This document shows, in pieces, positions 17,670-27,231 of a DNA stretch of 64,000 nucleotides. The notes under the pieces were generated by a model. The model saw nothing but the letters and a program-made list of their open reading frames with translations, was not told the DNA's origin and made no database searches. Numbering within the stretch: the stretch's first letter is position 1; each line of letters opens with the position of its first letter. This stretch comes from an uncultured Candidatus Saccharibacteria bacterium (lineage in GTDB: Bacteria; Patescibacteriota; Minisyncoccia; UBA6257; 1-14-0-10-40-38): assembly GCA_964543265.1 (NCBI GenBank), contig CAZIWN010000001.1, forward strand, positions 168,644-232,643, given 5' to 3'. The position numbers were made by a program, and so were the translations under genes.

Positions 17670-18944
17670 ATGTATAACAATTATAAAAATAGCTCCGGAC
17701 CAAGAAAATCATTTTTTGGATCAGGTAGCCAAGGAAACAGAAGAAGCGCTTCCCCATTCAAAAGAGGAAATTTTGCGCCTCGTTTTGGTTCAAGACCAAG
17801 ATTTGGAGGGGGTAGAAGAAGCGGTGGTGGAAACACTGGTTTAAGAATAAATCCTGCCAAATTTATTAATAAAGTCACCTTAACTGAAGAAGCTGAGGTT
17901 TTTAAGCCTGAACATAAGTTTTCAGACTTTAAAATCGAAGAGAGTTTAAAAAGAGGAATTGAATTTAAGGGATACAAAGAACCAACACCAATCCAAGACA
18001 GATCAATACCCCATATATTAAACGGATTAGATATCGTTGGAATTGCCAATACTGGAACGGGTAAAACTGCTGCCTTTTTAATCCCCTTAATCAATAAAGT
18101 TCTCTTAAATAGAAGAGAAAAAGTTTTAATCATAGTTCCTACAAGAGAGCTCGCTATTCAAATAGATGAAGAACTCCAAGGATTTACAGGAAATATGAGA
18201 ATTTTTTCTGCCTGTTGCGTCGGGGGTATGAATATTGGTCGTCAAATTAGCTCTTTAAGAAGAGAGTATAATTTCGTCATCGGAACTCCGGGAAGACTAA
18301 AAGATTTAATCGATCGCAGAGTTCTTAATCTAAAAGAGTTTAATAGCTTAGTCTTGGATGAAGCCGACAGAATGTTAGATATGGGTTTCATTAACGATAT
18401 GCGCTTCGTGGTTTCTTTGATGCCGAAAGAAAGACACACTCTTTTCTTTTCAGCCACTCTTTCTCCAGATATAGAAAGATTAATTAAAGATTTCTTAAAA
18501 GATCCAGTCAGGATTTCTGTTAAGACCAGAGATACTTCAAAAAACGTTGAACAAGACGTCATTAAGGTTGAAAGGGGTCAAGATAAATTACAAATCTTGC
18601 ACGATATTTTAAGCCAAAAAGAATTTAATAAAGTTTTAATCTTCGGCAGAACAAAACATGGAGTTGAGCGTCTTTCTAAAATGTTGGCCGCTAAAGGATT
18701 TAAAGCTGAATCAATTCACGGAAATAAAAATCACGCCCAAAGACAGCGCGCTTTAAACAGTTTTAAAGATAATTATATTCAAATTCTGGTTGCCACCGAC
18801 GTTGCAGCTCGCGGATTAGATATTCCAGATGTTTCCCACGTTATCAATTACGAACTTCCAGCTACTTATGAAGACTATGTTCATAGAATTGGAAGAACTG
18901 GTAGAGCTAATAAGAAAGGAAAGGCTTTAACCTTCGTTGAATAA
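17670..18944 (+). CDS. DEAD-box ATP-dependent RNA helicase with N-terminal RGG/Gly-rich tail
   Basis: Q-motif, GTGKT, PTRELA, DEAD, SAT and HRIGRTGR motifs; long structured 5' leader 17465-17669. Confidence 0.9.
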   Translation: MYNNYKNSSGPRKSFFGSGSQGNRRSASPFKRGNFAPRFGSRPRFGGGRRSGGGNTGLRINPAKFINKVTLTEEAEVFKPEHKFSDFKIEESLKRGIEFKGYKEPTPIQDRSIPHILNGLDIVGIANTGTGKTAAFLIPLINKVLLNRREKVLIIVPTRELAIQIDEELQGFTGNMRIFSACCVGGMNIGRQISSLRREYNFVIGTPGRLKDLIDRRVLNLKEFNSLVLDEADRMLDMGFINDMRFVVSLMPKERHTLFFSATLSPDIERLIKDFLKDPVRISVKTRDTSKNVEQDVIKVERGQDKLQILHDILSQKEFNKVLIFGRTKHGVERLSKMLAAKGFKAESIHGNKNHAQRQRALNSFKDNYIQILVATDVAARGLDIPDVSHVINYELPATYEDYVHRIGRTGRANKKGKALTFVE

Positions 18945-18947
18945 AAA

Positions 18948-18980
18948 TAAAAACTCCGATTTAAATCGGAGTTTTTATTT
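18948..18980 (+). terminator. Intrinsic terminator of the helicase gene
   Basis: AAACUCCGAUUUAAAUCGGAGUUUUUAUUUU. Confidence 0.6.
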
Positions 18981-19049
18981 TGACACCATGAAATTCTTAT
19001 TGATAGAATTAATTAAGCACACAACCCAAAAGAGACAAAGGAGAAAGAA

Positions 19050-19232
19050 GTGGACTTGGAAAGACTGTCGATCGGAGAACTGCAAGATGTTCTAGTAAGG
19101 CGCCTCAAGAGAATAGTATGGAGCCTTACAAAAGAAAAACTCATCGAAGAAATCGGTGGACTTGGAAAAGAAGAGTCGGTTCTGAAACAATTTGAATCCA
19201 AAACCGCTCTCGAAGAAGCCCCAGCTGCATAA
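19050..19232 (+). CDS. GC-rich minicassette I: 60-aa helical protein with internal repeat (GTG start)
   Basis: TTGACA (18979-18984)-18-TAGAAT, RBS AAAGGAGA, GTG 19050; terminator GCCCCAGCUGCAUAAGCGGGGC + U-run at 19214-19250; gtggacttggaaa occurs twice. Confidence 0.4.
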   Translation: MDLERLSIGELQDVLVRRLKRIVWSLTKEKLIEEIGGLGKEESVLKQFESKTALEEAPAA

Positions 19233-19267
19233 GCGGGGCTTGTTTTTTATGCTATAATTACAAAAAT

Positions 19268-19627
19268 ATGAATAAACTTCCATTAATATCATTTTTATTT
19301 AGAACCAGCATCGCTTCTGCCTACTTATATGCCGGATTGGGCTCATTATTGGACCCAAATTCTTGGATAGGCTTTCTTCCTAGTTTTATAAATAATTCCA
19401 CTTCGGGAGCAACATTCCTCACTATTTTTTCAATAGCAGAAGTAATATTAGGTATTTGGATTATTTCTGGTAAAAAACCCTATCTATCTTCAGCTTTTTC
19501 TACGGCAATAATGTTTCTTATAATAGCTTTTAATCTCGAGCTGTTAGATATAGTCTTTAGAGACATTCCAATACTTTTTGCGTCAATTGGCTTAATGGTA
19601 TTACATAAAAATAATTCCTTAGTATAA
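19268..19627 (+). CDS. DoxX-like small membrane protein
   Basis: About 3-4 TM helices in a DoxX-like arrangement; weak family recall. Confidence 0.35.
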   Translation: MNKLPLISFLFRTSIASAYLYAGLGSLLDPNSWIGFLPSFINNSTSGATFLTIFSIAEVILGIWIISGKKPYLSSAFSTAIMFLIIAFNLELLDIVFRDIPILFASIGLMVLHKNNSLV

Positions 19628-19631
19628 AAAT

Positions 19632-20045
19632 ATGATATTTTCAAAAACACTTATCCTAATTTCATTATTGGGATTAATCAATGCTCTTTACTTAACCTAC
19701 AAACACTACTTCACAAAAAAGCCACTAGTCTGTTTAGTCGGCGAAAATTGCGAAGCAGTTCTTGATAGTAAATGGAGTCACATGTTCGGAGTTAGGAATG
19801 AAATTCTCGGAGTTTTATTTTATGGTGGAATCTTTACCGGATCTTTAATTTTATTTTTCTATCCACTATTAATACCAAATTTATTATTCTATTTATTTAT
19901 AGGAAGCATTACCGGGGTTTTATTTTCTGGATTTTTAGTAGCGCTTCAAAAATTCGTCATTCATAATTTTTGTTTTTATTGTTTAATCTCCGCCGGATTA
20001 AGCCTATTACTTTTCATTAATTGCGCTTACTTATTTTTATATTAA
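19632..20045 (+). CDS. VKOR-family membrane protein (second copy)
   Basis: Loop cysteines CLVGENC and CFYC active site in a TM helix. Confidence 0.55.
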   Translation: MIFSKTLILISLLGLINALYLTYKHYFTKKPLVCLVGENCEAVLDSKWSHMFGVRNEILGVLFYGGIFTGSLILFFYPLLIPNLLFYLFIGSITGVLFSGFLVALQKFVIHNFCFYCLISAGLSLLLFINCAYLFLY

Positions 20046-20067
20046 AAGAGGGGTCCTGATGGACCCC
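20046..20067. terminator. Bidirectional terminator
   Basis: AGAGGGGUCC UGAU GGACCCCUU hairpin shared by the convergent plus-strand VKOR gene and the minus-strand GC-rich operon. Confidence 0.6.
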
Positions 20068-20259
20068 TTATGAGAACTGAAGACGAAGAACCTGAACGAA
20101 CACACATGGATCAAGATGCTTCTTCCTCCTTGCCTTGAGACAGGCTCTAAACCTAGCCTGTCTTTCGGACACAGCAGTCGACTCAACGGTAACAATTTCT
20201 CCGCTGGGACACCTCACGGAAGCGGAGAAGTTGCGCCACACAGCCGGTGCACGCTTCAT
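20068..20259 (-). CDS. GC-rich minicassette J gene 2: 63-aa basic protein (MKRAPAVWRNF...), translationally coupled to gene 1
   Basis: ATGA stop/start overlap at plus 20256-20259; RBS GGGAGGGGAG inside gene 1; the track ORF has a 7-aa upstream extension. Confidence 0.4.
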   Translation of the reverse strand: MKRAPAVWRNFSASVRCPSGEIVTVESTAVSERQARFRACLKARRKKHLDPCVFVQVLRLQFS

Positions 20260-20471
20260 GGAATGAATCTCCCCTCCCAAAGAGCAAACTCTGGGGACCT
20301 AGAGATGACGTCAATCGCCACCCAGTCAGAGCTTGGAACTTCGTTTTCTGTTTTGAATTTCTCCAAAACAAAGACTCTAGCCCATTTTTCAGACGAAGCA
20401 CAAACCCTCACCTTATAAGTGCATCTCCTCCATGAAACAAGGGCAGACCAAGCGACCGATCTTCTGGCCAT
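20256..20471 (-). CDS. GC-rich minicassette J gene 1: 71-aa protein (MARRSVAWSALVSWRRCTYKV...)
   Basis: Minus-strand TTACAT / CATAAT promoter and RBS AAGGAGATGAGG then ATG at 20471; its stop overlaps the next start as ATGA. Confidence 0.4.
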   Translation of the reverse strand: MARRSVAWSALVSWRRCTYKVRVCASSEKWARVFVLEKFKTENEVPSSDWVAIDVISRSPEFALWEGRFIP

Positions 20472-20596
20472 CTTGGACTCCTCATCTCCTTATTGTACTA
20501 ATATAATTATGGCACATGTAAATATATCTCATCAAGATCTTGTTTCTATATAAACAATAGGTATAATCTTAGTATTAATTTAAAAAATAAAACCAA

Positions 20597-21127
20597 ATGA
20601 AAAATATATTCAGATATATCCTAGTTGGCGTCTTTGCGGTAGTAATGATATTTTATGGAAATAAATTTATAAATAAACAAAGTTCATCAGAAAATATAGA
20701 AAACTCCCAAGCTAATCTAGAAACCATTAAAAATACAGTAAATTTTCAACCAGAAACCATTAAAAAAACAGAAATAAACAATATGCCAAAAAAAGAAGTC
20801 AGAGCTAATGGATTAATTTTAGAAGATTTAACACTGGGAACAGGAGCTATGGCTTCCTGCGGAAAAAATATTGAAGTTAATTACCTCGGAACCTTAACTA
20901 ATGGAACAAAATTCGACAGTTCTTATGACAGAAATAAAACTTTTTCATTTAATCTTTGTGCCGGAGAAGTTATTCGCGGTTGGGACGAAGGAGTGCAGGG
21001 TATGAAAGTCGGCGGTAAAAGACGCTTAGAAATTCCAGCTGCTTTAGGATATGGAGATATTTCAGTTGGAACAATTCCGGCTAACTCAACACTTGTATTT
21101 GAAGTTGAATTGGTTAGTGTTAAATAA
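20597..21127 (+). CDS. FKBP-type peptidyl-prolyl cis-trans isomerase, secreted/anchored
   Basis: N-terminal TM; C-terminal FKBP domain (GTLTNGTKFDSSYDRNKTFSF...GWDEGVQGMKVGGKRRLEIP). Confidence 0.85.
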   Translation: MKNIFRYILVGVFAVVMIFYGNKFINKQSSSENIENSQANLETIKNTVNFQPETIKKTEINNMPKKEVRANGLILEDLTLGTGAMASCGKNIEVNYLGTLTNGTKFDSSYDRNKTFSFNLCAGEVIRGWDEGVQGMKVGGKRRLEIPAALGYGDISVGTIPANSTLVFEVELVSVK

Positions 21128-21130
21128 AAT

Positions 21131-21463
21131 ATGATAAAAATTGACGACTTTCAAAAAATAGATTTAAGAGTTGGAACAATTTTAGAAGCAGAAAAAGTTG
21201 AGAATTCTGAAAAGCTCTTAAAACTTAAAGTTGATTTTGGTAAAGAGGTAGAAAACTCACCTCGAACCATTCTTTCTGGAATTGCAAAATACTATGCCCC
21301 AGAAGATCTAATCGGCAAACAAGTAGTTGCTATAGTTAATTTAGAACCAAGAATGATGATGGGTCTAGAAAGCCAAGGAATGCTATTAGCTTCAAGTAGT
21401 GGAGAAAAACTAGCCCTCCTTAAGTCTTATAAAAAAATGAAGCCAGGATCTAAAATAAGCTAA
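21131..21463 (+). CDS. tRNA-binding protein (CsaA/Trbp111-like OB-fold)
   Basis: DLRVGTILEAEKV...LKLKVDFG...GIAKYY...VNLEPRMMMG, as in the EMAP/Myf domain. Confidence 0.8.
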   Translation: MIKIDDFQKIDLRVGTILEAEKVENSEKLLKLKVDFGKEVENSPRTILSGIAKYYAPEDLIGKQVVAIVNLEPRMMMGLESQGMLLASSSGEKLALLKSYKKMKPGSKIS

Positions 21464-21554
21464 TTAATAAAATCCGTCCCAAACAAGAATAAGGGGCGGA
21501 TTTTATTAATTAATGTTAAAATAACAAAATAGACTTTAAAGCGTTATTAAAACA

Positions 21555-24500
21555 ATGATTAAAAAATATTCAATATTAATATTCTCTGCCGTAATAATTT
21601 TTTTAGGAGCTTCTTGGCAAATAAAAGCTCAAAGCGTTACCTCAGAAGAAATTAGCTTAGAAAATTCATTAACTAAATTCACTTTTTCAAAAGAAGTAAA
21701 TAAACTATATCTTAAAAATTTAACTAATTTCTCCACCAACTATACATATTCTTTTAATAAAGAAAATTTTCTTTCTATTCTTATAAGAAATACTGCTGAT
21801 TATAAAGCTGGTAAAAAAAGTCCCGAAATTGAATATTTTATAAACGATATTTGTTCCGATCTTACATATTCAAACTCGCAAACAAAAACATCTTTTTATT
21901 TTTCAAATTGTTCCATACCAAATATAGGATCAGTTAATAATTTTGATTTAACAATCAGTCTAGACCCATCATCGAAAAAATTTAAGTGGTCAGTTAAAAC
22001 ATCGGTAGACTTAAATGGATATGCTCTTACTCAAGTTGGAATAAAAATTCCGGTAATTAGAGATAATTCTCTCACCTCTTACGTGGTCACTCCTAATTTT
22101 GGATCTGGAGAATTAATTAAAGATCCGGAAATTAATTTAAAAAATATATCAATTTGCGGATCGAAAGCAGGAGAAATGTGTGGAAACCTACCATCCCATA
22201 GGATCTGCGGAGCCGGAGAAACACCTTCATGCATAATAGATAATGAAATAGAAAATAAAAAGAATCCTGGAATACAGATGTTTCCATATTATAGATCAAA
22301 TAATTCGGGAATATATTTTGGTTATGATGACCCAAACTCAACATATACTAAGCACACTATAGTAAACAGCAACTTAAACAATGGCGGAAATGCTGATTTT
22401 CTATTTCAGCACTATTTTTATGTACCAAACGATCTTTTGGAAAGAAATTCATACAATTCTTCTAATGAATATAATTTTTTAACAGGAGTATTTGAGGGAG
22501 ATTGGTATGACGCCAGTCAGGTGTATAAAAATTGGGTTTCTGGCACTCCAATAGTCAGAAAAGGCAAGCTTCCTAGAGCCGATATTCCAGACAATTGGGA
22601 GACTAATGAGTTACATATGATTTCTACCGTATCTAACGCTTATGACTTTAATAAACAAGAAGACATAGATAGATATGTTAATGGATTTATTAGAGCGAAA
22701 AATTACTATGGCATCCCAAACGGTAAAATGAATATTTTTCATTTTCTTTGGTATAGCAACATAGGAGACTACACACCAAGCATCATCACTAATCTGAAAA
22801 CCATTATCAAAAAACTTTCCGATAATGGAATTAATACTCAATTATATTCTTTAAGTCAGGGAGTTTCTTCTGCTTCAAGCTATTGGAATAAATATAATTT
22901 AGATAGCGCGGTACAAAAAGATGCACTAAACGAAAAGCAATTAGTTAATGAAGGTTTTTGGAGCGATGTCTATTCTATGGATCCAAGTCAAAAAAATTGG
23001 CAGGATGCTTTTTCTAAAGAAATCGCAGTTAATCAGATACAAAAAGAAATGGGAGCCACTGGAATCTACCTAGATAACCCATACGGAATGAAAACAGGAG
23101 ATTATGAAGATTTTTACACAGGAAATCATAATCATACATATGGACGAGCCGGAACTTACCTATTTTCTGGATACGCAAAACAGATGGAAGAAGCAAGAAA
23201 CGCTATGAGGATTTTAAATCCTGATTCATATTTAACATATGAACAAGGAACAGAGGCGTATATAGGTTCAGCCGACTCATTTGGAACAGCCGGACTCGGA
23301 ATGAATAGTGGATACTTAGCCGCAAATAACTTTAAATATTTCAAGAGTATCCCCTTTTCACAATCTATCTATCACGAATACGCCATCGTTGGTCCAGCAA
23401 ACGTTGGTCCAGACTATCTTAAGCTCGGAAGTTATGTAAATAATTACGACTATCTTGCTGCGGCAGGAGCAATAGCCGGAGGAGCATTGAACGATCAAGA
23501 AGTTATCTTTGATTTCGGTGACGACTGTATGGCTTTTGAAATGACTAAATGCTATGGAAGTGATGGGATTATTTTAGAAAATCACGCCAAACTAATAAAA
23601 AGTCTAATAGAAACAAGAAGAAACTCATCAAAATTTTTGATTTATGGAAGTCTCCTTAGGAATCCAATAAGTTATTCCCCTATTCAAGTTATTCAACTTC
23701 AAGATTATTCAGGAAGATATTATGAAGTTAGAGATCCAGAAGTACTATCTTCCACTTGGAAAAGCGGAGATGGAAAAAGTAGTGGGCTTTATTTAATAAA
23801 TTATAACGATAAGGATAAAAGTATCTCATTAGATTTAAAATTCGGCGATCTTGGTCTTCAGTCTGGAGTAAAATATGGGCTTTATAAAGTATTATCTAAC
23901 GGGTATCAAAATCTAACACAGGCTTCTTATAATTTTTCATTAACCAAATCAGTTACTCCATCAACTGCAGAATTTTTTGAGTTTATGAAATTGCCAATAT
24001 ATTCAAATTTCAATGGACAAACAACTAATTTTGACAGCTATCCAGATATTCGCTCAGTCCAAAACGCCACAATAGAAAAGGTTGGAAGCGGTAAAATACA
24101 ATTCAACCAAACTCTTAATTTTGAAGGGTTAGATCTTAATAATGGCGTAAGTATCTCTAATAATTACATCTCCATAAACTCTTCTAAACTACCGATATTA
24201 AATACATCAGCCAATCTTTCGCTGTATGGTTTAAATTTTAAAGAACCATTAATTCTTAAAAATGGATCTGCTTGTTCCTCAAGCGAATGCTCTATAAAGG
24301 AATATAAAAATAATACCCTATCTTTTTCAATCACTGGCGCAGGAGATTATTCAGTAAAAGAAATAGGAACAATCAGCGATAATAATAACCAAGAAGAATC
24401 CTCATCAAACAATAATCAAAATAATTCATCGTCGGATTCATCAAATAAAGACAATAAGAATTCCACAACAACATCCAATAATAACGAATCAACAAATAAT

Positions 24501-24674
24501 TCTAAAAACAATAATTTAGATAATTCAAAATCAACAACGTCATCTAGCGAAATAAAAAATAATGATTCTGATAATAAAACAAATCAAGTAAATAACAGCG
24601 AAAAGATTGGTTTTTGGGATTCTTTCGTTAACCTCCTTAAAAAGATCATTCTGTTCTTTATCAATCTATTTTAA
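21555..24674 (+). CDS. Large (1039 aa) secreted surface protein with Asn/Ser-rich low-complexity stalk and C-terminal TM anchor
   Basis: Signal peptide; about 850-aa globular region rich in Tyr/Gly/Asn; C-terminal approximately 130 aa are N/S/D/K low-complexity, ending in a hydrophobic helix (ILFFINLF). Confidence 0.6.
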   Translation: MIKKYSILIFSAVIIFLGASWQIKAQSVTSEEISLENSLTKFTFSKEVNKLYLKNLTNFSTNYTYSFNKENFLSILIRNTADYKAGKKSPEIEYFINDICSDLTYSNSQTKTSFYFSNCSIPNIGSVNNFDLTISLDPSSKKFKWSVKTSVDLNGYALTQVGIKIPVIRDNSLTSYVVTPNFGSGELIKDPEINLKNISICGSKAGEMCGNLPSHRICGAGETPSCIIDNEIENKKNPGIQMFPYYRSNNSGIYFGYDDPNSTYTKHTIVNSNLNNGGNADFLFQHYFYVPNDLLERNSYNSSNEYNFLTGVFEGDWYDASQVYKNWVSGTPIVRKGKLPRADIPDNWETNELHMISTVSNAYDFNKQEDIDRYVNGFIRAKNYYGIPNGKMNIFHFLWYSNIGDYTPSIITNLKTIIKKLSDNGINTQLYSLSQGVSSASSYWNKYNLDSAVQKDALNEKQLVNEGFWSDVYSMDPSQKNWQDAFSKEIAVNQIQKEMGATGIYLDNPYGMKTGDYEDFYTGNHNHTYGRAGTYLFSGYAKQMEEARNAMRILNPDSYLTYEQGTEAYIGSADSFGTAGLGMNSGYLAANNFKYFKSIPFSQSIYHEYAIVGPANVGPDYLKLGSYVNNYDYLAAAGAIAGGALNDQEVIFDFGDDCMAFEMTKCYGSDGIILENHAKLIKSLIETRRNSSKFLIYGSLLRNPISYSPIQVIQLQDYSGRYYEVRDPEVLSSTWKSGDGKSSGLYLINYNDKDKSISLDLKFGDLGLQSGVKYGLYKVLSNGYQNLTQASYNFSLTKSVTPSTAEFFEFMKLPIYSNFNGQTTNFDSYPDIRSVQNATIEKVGSGKIQFNQTLNFEGLDLNNGVSISNNYISINSSKLPILNTSANLSLYGLNFKEPLILKNGSACSSSECSIKEYKNNTLSFSITGAGDYSVKEIGTISDNNNQEESSSNNNQNNSSSDSSNKDNKNSTTTSNNNESTNNSKNNNLDNSKSTTSSSEIKNNDSDNKTNQVNNSEKIGFWDSFVNLLKKIILFFINLF

Positions 24675-24679
24675 AACTA

Positions 24680-24712
24680 AAAACCCTCGAAATTCGAGGG
24701 TTTTTAGTTTAT
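24680..24712 (+). terminator. Intrinsic terminator
   Basis: AAAACCCUCGAAAUUCGAGGGUUUUUAGUUU. Confidence 0.6.
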
Positions 24713-24723
24713 AATCCTACTAT

Positions 24724-25827
24724 ATGAAATTTCTGAAAGATCAAAACAAAGAAGATTTTCAAGGTAAAATATCCATCCTAAGAACAGATTATAATATCGA
24801 AGCAGATGAGGATTCGATTAGAATTGATGCCAGCCTTCCCTCTCTAGAGTGGCTATTAAGAGCAGATTCTAAGATAGTTATACTTACGCATAAAGGCAGG
24901 CCCAATTTAAACGATCTAAGTCTAGAAATAGAAAAATTGGGTTTAATAAAAATTATCGATCTTCTTGAGAGAAAAATAAATCAAAAAATACGCTTTATTT
25001 CTTTTAATGAATTTGAAAAAGCAAAGGATATAATTTCAACAGAAAACTATAAAATCTTCTTACTTGAAAACCTCAGATTCTTTAAGGGTGAAGATGAAAA
25101 TAGTGAATTATTTGGAAAACAATTAGCCTCATTGGGTGATTTCTTTATTAATGATGCCTTTGCCGTATCTCACAGAAATAATGCTTCAATCTGCCAAATT
25201 CCCAAATTTATTAAAAGCTTTGCTGGCTTTCAGATGGAAAAAGAAATTTTAAGCCTCAATCAAGCCACAGAAAACCCACAAAAACCATTAACTCTAATCC
25301 TTGGAGGAGCAAAAGCTTCCGACAAGATACCAATCATTAAAAATCTCTTAGATAAAATAGATTTTTGCCTTTTAGGAGGAGTTCCAGCTAATACATTTTT
25401 AAAAGCTAACGGAGTTGATATTAGAAAATCTGTTTACGAGGAAAGCATGCTTGTTGAAGCAAAAAATCTTTTTAATACCGGAAAAATAATTCTTCCAGAA
25501 GATTTTGTCTGGAAAGATGAAAAAATGTATGACGTTGGAGAAAAAACAATTAAAACATTTGAAGATATTATTAAAAAATCAAAAACTATCATTTGGAATG
25601 GTCCATTGGGATATTTTGAAGAAAAAAAATATATGTTTGCATCCCAAAAGACAGCAGAAGCTATATCTCAAAATAATTGTTTCTCTTTAATTGGCGGTGG
25701 CGAAACCGGAAAAATGATTAAACAAACTGGGATATCTGATAAATTTTCCTTCATATCAACAGGTGGCGGTGCAATGCTTGAATATTTATCAGGAAAGAAG
25801 CTTCCTGGTTTAATAGCATTAGGATAA
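24724..25827 (+). CDS. pgk: Phosphoglycerate kinase (divergent)
   Basis: FFINDAFAVSHRNNAS (PGK NDAFGxAHR motif), GGGASDK-like LILGGAKASDK, C-terminal STGGGAMLEYL. Confidence 0.75.
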   Translation: MKFLKDQNKEDFQGKISILRTDYNIEADEDSIRIDASLPSLEWLLRADSKIVILTHKGRPNLNDLSLEIEKLGLIKIIDLLERKINQKIRFISFNEFEKAKDIISTENYKIFLLENLRFFKGEDENSELFGKQLASLGDFFINDAFAVSHRNNASICQIPKFIKSFAGFQMEKEILSLNQATENPQKPLTLILGGAKASDKIPIIKNLLDKIDFCLLGGVPANTFLKANGVDIRKSVYEESMLVEAKNLFNTGKIILPEDFVWKDEKMYDVGEKTIKTFEDIIKKSKTIIWNGPLGYFEEKKYMFASQKTAEAISQNNCFSLIGGGETGKMIKQTGISDKFSFISTGGGAMLEYLSGKKLPGLIALG

Positions 25828-26229
25828 TTGCTTATCTAAAACAATATTCACTTGCTCATCAGCCTCTTTGTTTTTTTCTCTATAAACGTGAGTAAATTTA
25901 ACCGATTTAAATTCTTTAACTAATTGGCAAACATTATCAAATAATGGTTTTAAATTAGGGGCTTTCACTTTAAATTTTCCATTTAGTTGATTAATTAAAA
26001 GTAGACTATCGGATTTTAAATCAATATCGATTTTTTTAGATTCACCTTCGGAAATTTCTTTTGCTTTTTTTAACGACAAAATTACTGCCATATATTCAGC
26101 AAAATTATTAGTATTAATACCCAAATATTTACCATAGCCAACTCCATCTACGGTAAACCCAGCAGCTGAATGTCCAGGATTTCCCCTCGATCCGCCATCT
26201 GTATAAATTTCAATTTTATTTTTATTCAT
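25819..26229 (-). CDS. rnhA: Ribonuclease HI
   Basis: IYTDGGSRGNPGHSAAG and NNFAEYMAV motifs, including the DEDD catalytic residues. Confidence 0.85.
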   Translation of the reverse strand: MNKNKIEIYTDGGSRGNPGHSAAGFTVDGVGYGKYLGINTNNFAEYMAVILSLKKAKEISEGESKKIDIDLKSDSLLLINQLNGKFKVKAPNLKPLFDNVCQLVKEFKSVKFTHVYREKNKEADEQVNIVLDKQLS

Positions 26230-27055
26230 TTAAATTCTTCCAAGGTAAATTATCAAAATTATCAATCGCAAACCCAGAAGCCGCTCTATGTCCTCCACCA
26301 TTATACTTAGAAGCAAGCAAAGATACATCGGTTTTACCATCAGATCTTAAAGACACCGTAATTTTATTTCCATTATATTTCCAAACTATCCCCACAGGAT
26401 AACCCATTTTAACGATTTCATGGCCCAGTTCGCTATGAAAAACAGGTGAATTAATCGCTCTGCATTTTAATCCTTCAAACTCAACCTCATAAGATTTTTC
26501 TAATAAAATTTTTACATTATTATCTCTGGACTTAACCAATAATTGCCCTTCCTTAATTAAAGATTTTGCAGTTTTTTTATTCTGTAATTTCCTCATAAAA
26601 GAATCCCAAACCTTAAAATCTATCTTTTCAGTCTCTAATCTCTCTCTAATTAAATCCGTTTCTTTAAATTTAAAAGCCCAAAGATCCTTATCTTCTATAA
26701 ATTTAAGTAATTCCGGCACGTCTTTGTCTGGAAAAAAATATTTCCAAGTCAAAACACAACCAGAATTTTTTAAGGCATAAGAATGGTTAGGAGCCCTTTC
26801 AACATCATTTTTAGCCGTAACATGGTGATCTATAACAGTTAAATCAGTATTTTTTAATAAATACTCAAAGTTTTCTCCTTTATAACAAAAATCCAAAGTA
26901 TAAACCTCGTTCCCGGCTAATCCTTCGGGTAAGTTTTCTCCGTGTCTTACGGCGATATATTTAGCTTTATTCTTAAACTTTTTCCAAGCAGCATAGGCCG
27001 CCCCAAAACCATCAAAACAATCAGCGTGATACAAAAAAACTTTTTCTTTTTTCAT
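26222..27055 (-). CDS. DHH-family phosphoesterase (NrnA-like nanoRNase / pAp phosphatase)
   Basis: HADCFDGFGAA, IDHHV (DHH motif) and GGGH (DHHA1) motifs. Confidence 0.8.
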   Translation of the reverse strand: MKKEKVFLYHADCFDGFGAAYAAWKKFKNKAKYIAVRHGENLPEGLAGNEVYTLDFCYKGENFEYLLKNTDLTVIDHHVTAKNDVERAPNHSYALKNSGCVLTWKYFFPDKDVPELLKFIEDKDLWAFKFKETDLIRERLETEKIDFKVWDSFMRKLQNKKTAKSLIKEGQLLVKSRDNNVKILLEKSYEVEFEGLKCRAINSPVFHSELGHEIVKMGYPVGIVWKYNGNKITVSLRSDGKTDVSLLASKYNGGGHRAASGFAIDNFDNLPWKNLNE

Positions 27056-27231
27056 CTATTTAAATCTAACAGAAATAAAAGAAATATTAAAATTTATAAA
27101 TTACAGCAAATTTCCCAAATCTTTATTTTTTAGTAAATACAAGGCATTCCGAAGAAGCGATATTTTAAGCCTAGCGCATATCGCGAGGAGGAATAACGAA
27201 GTAGTTACTAATAAAGATAAAGATTACAAAA

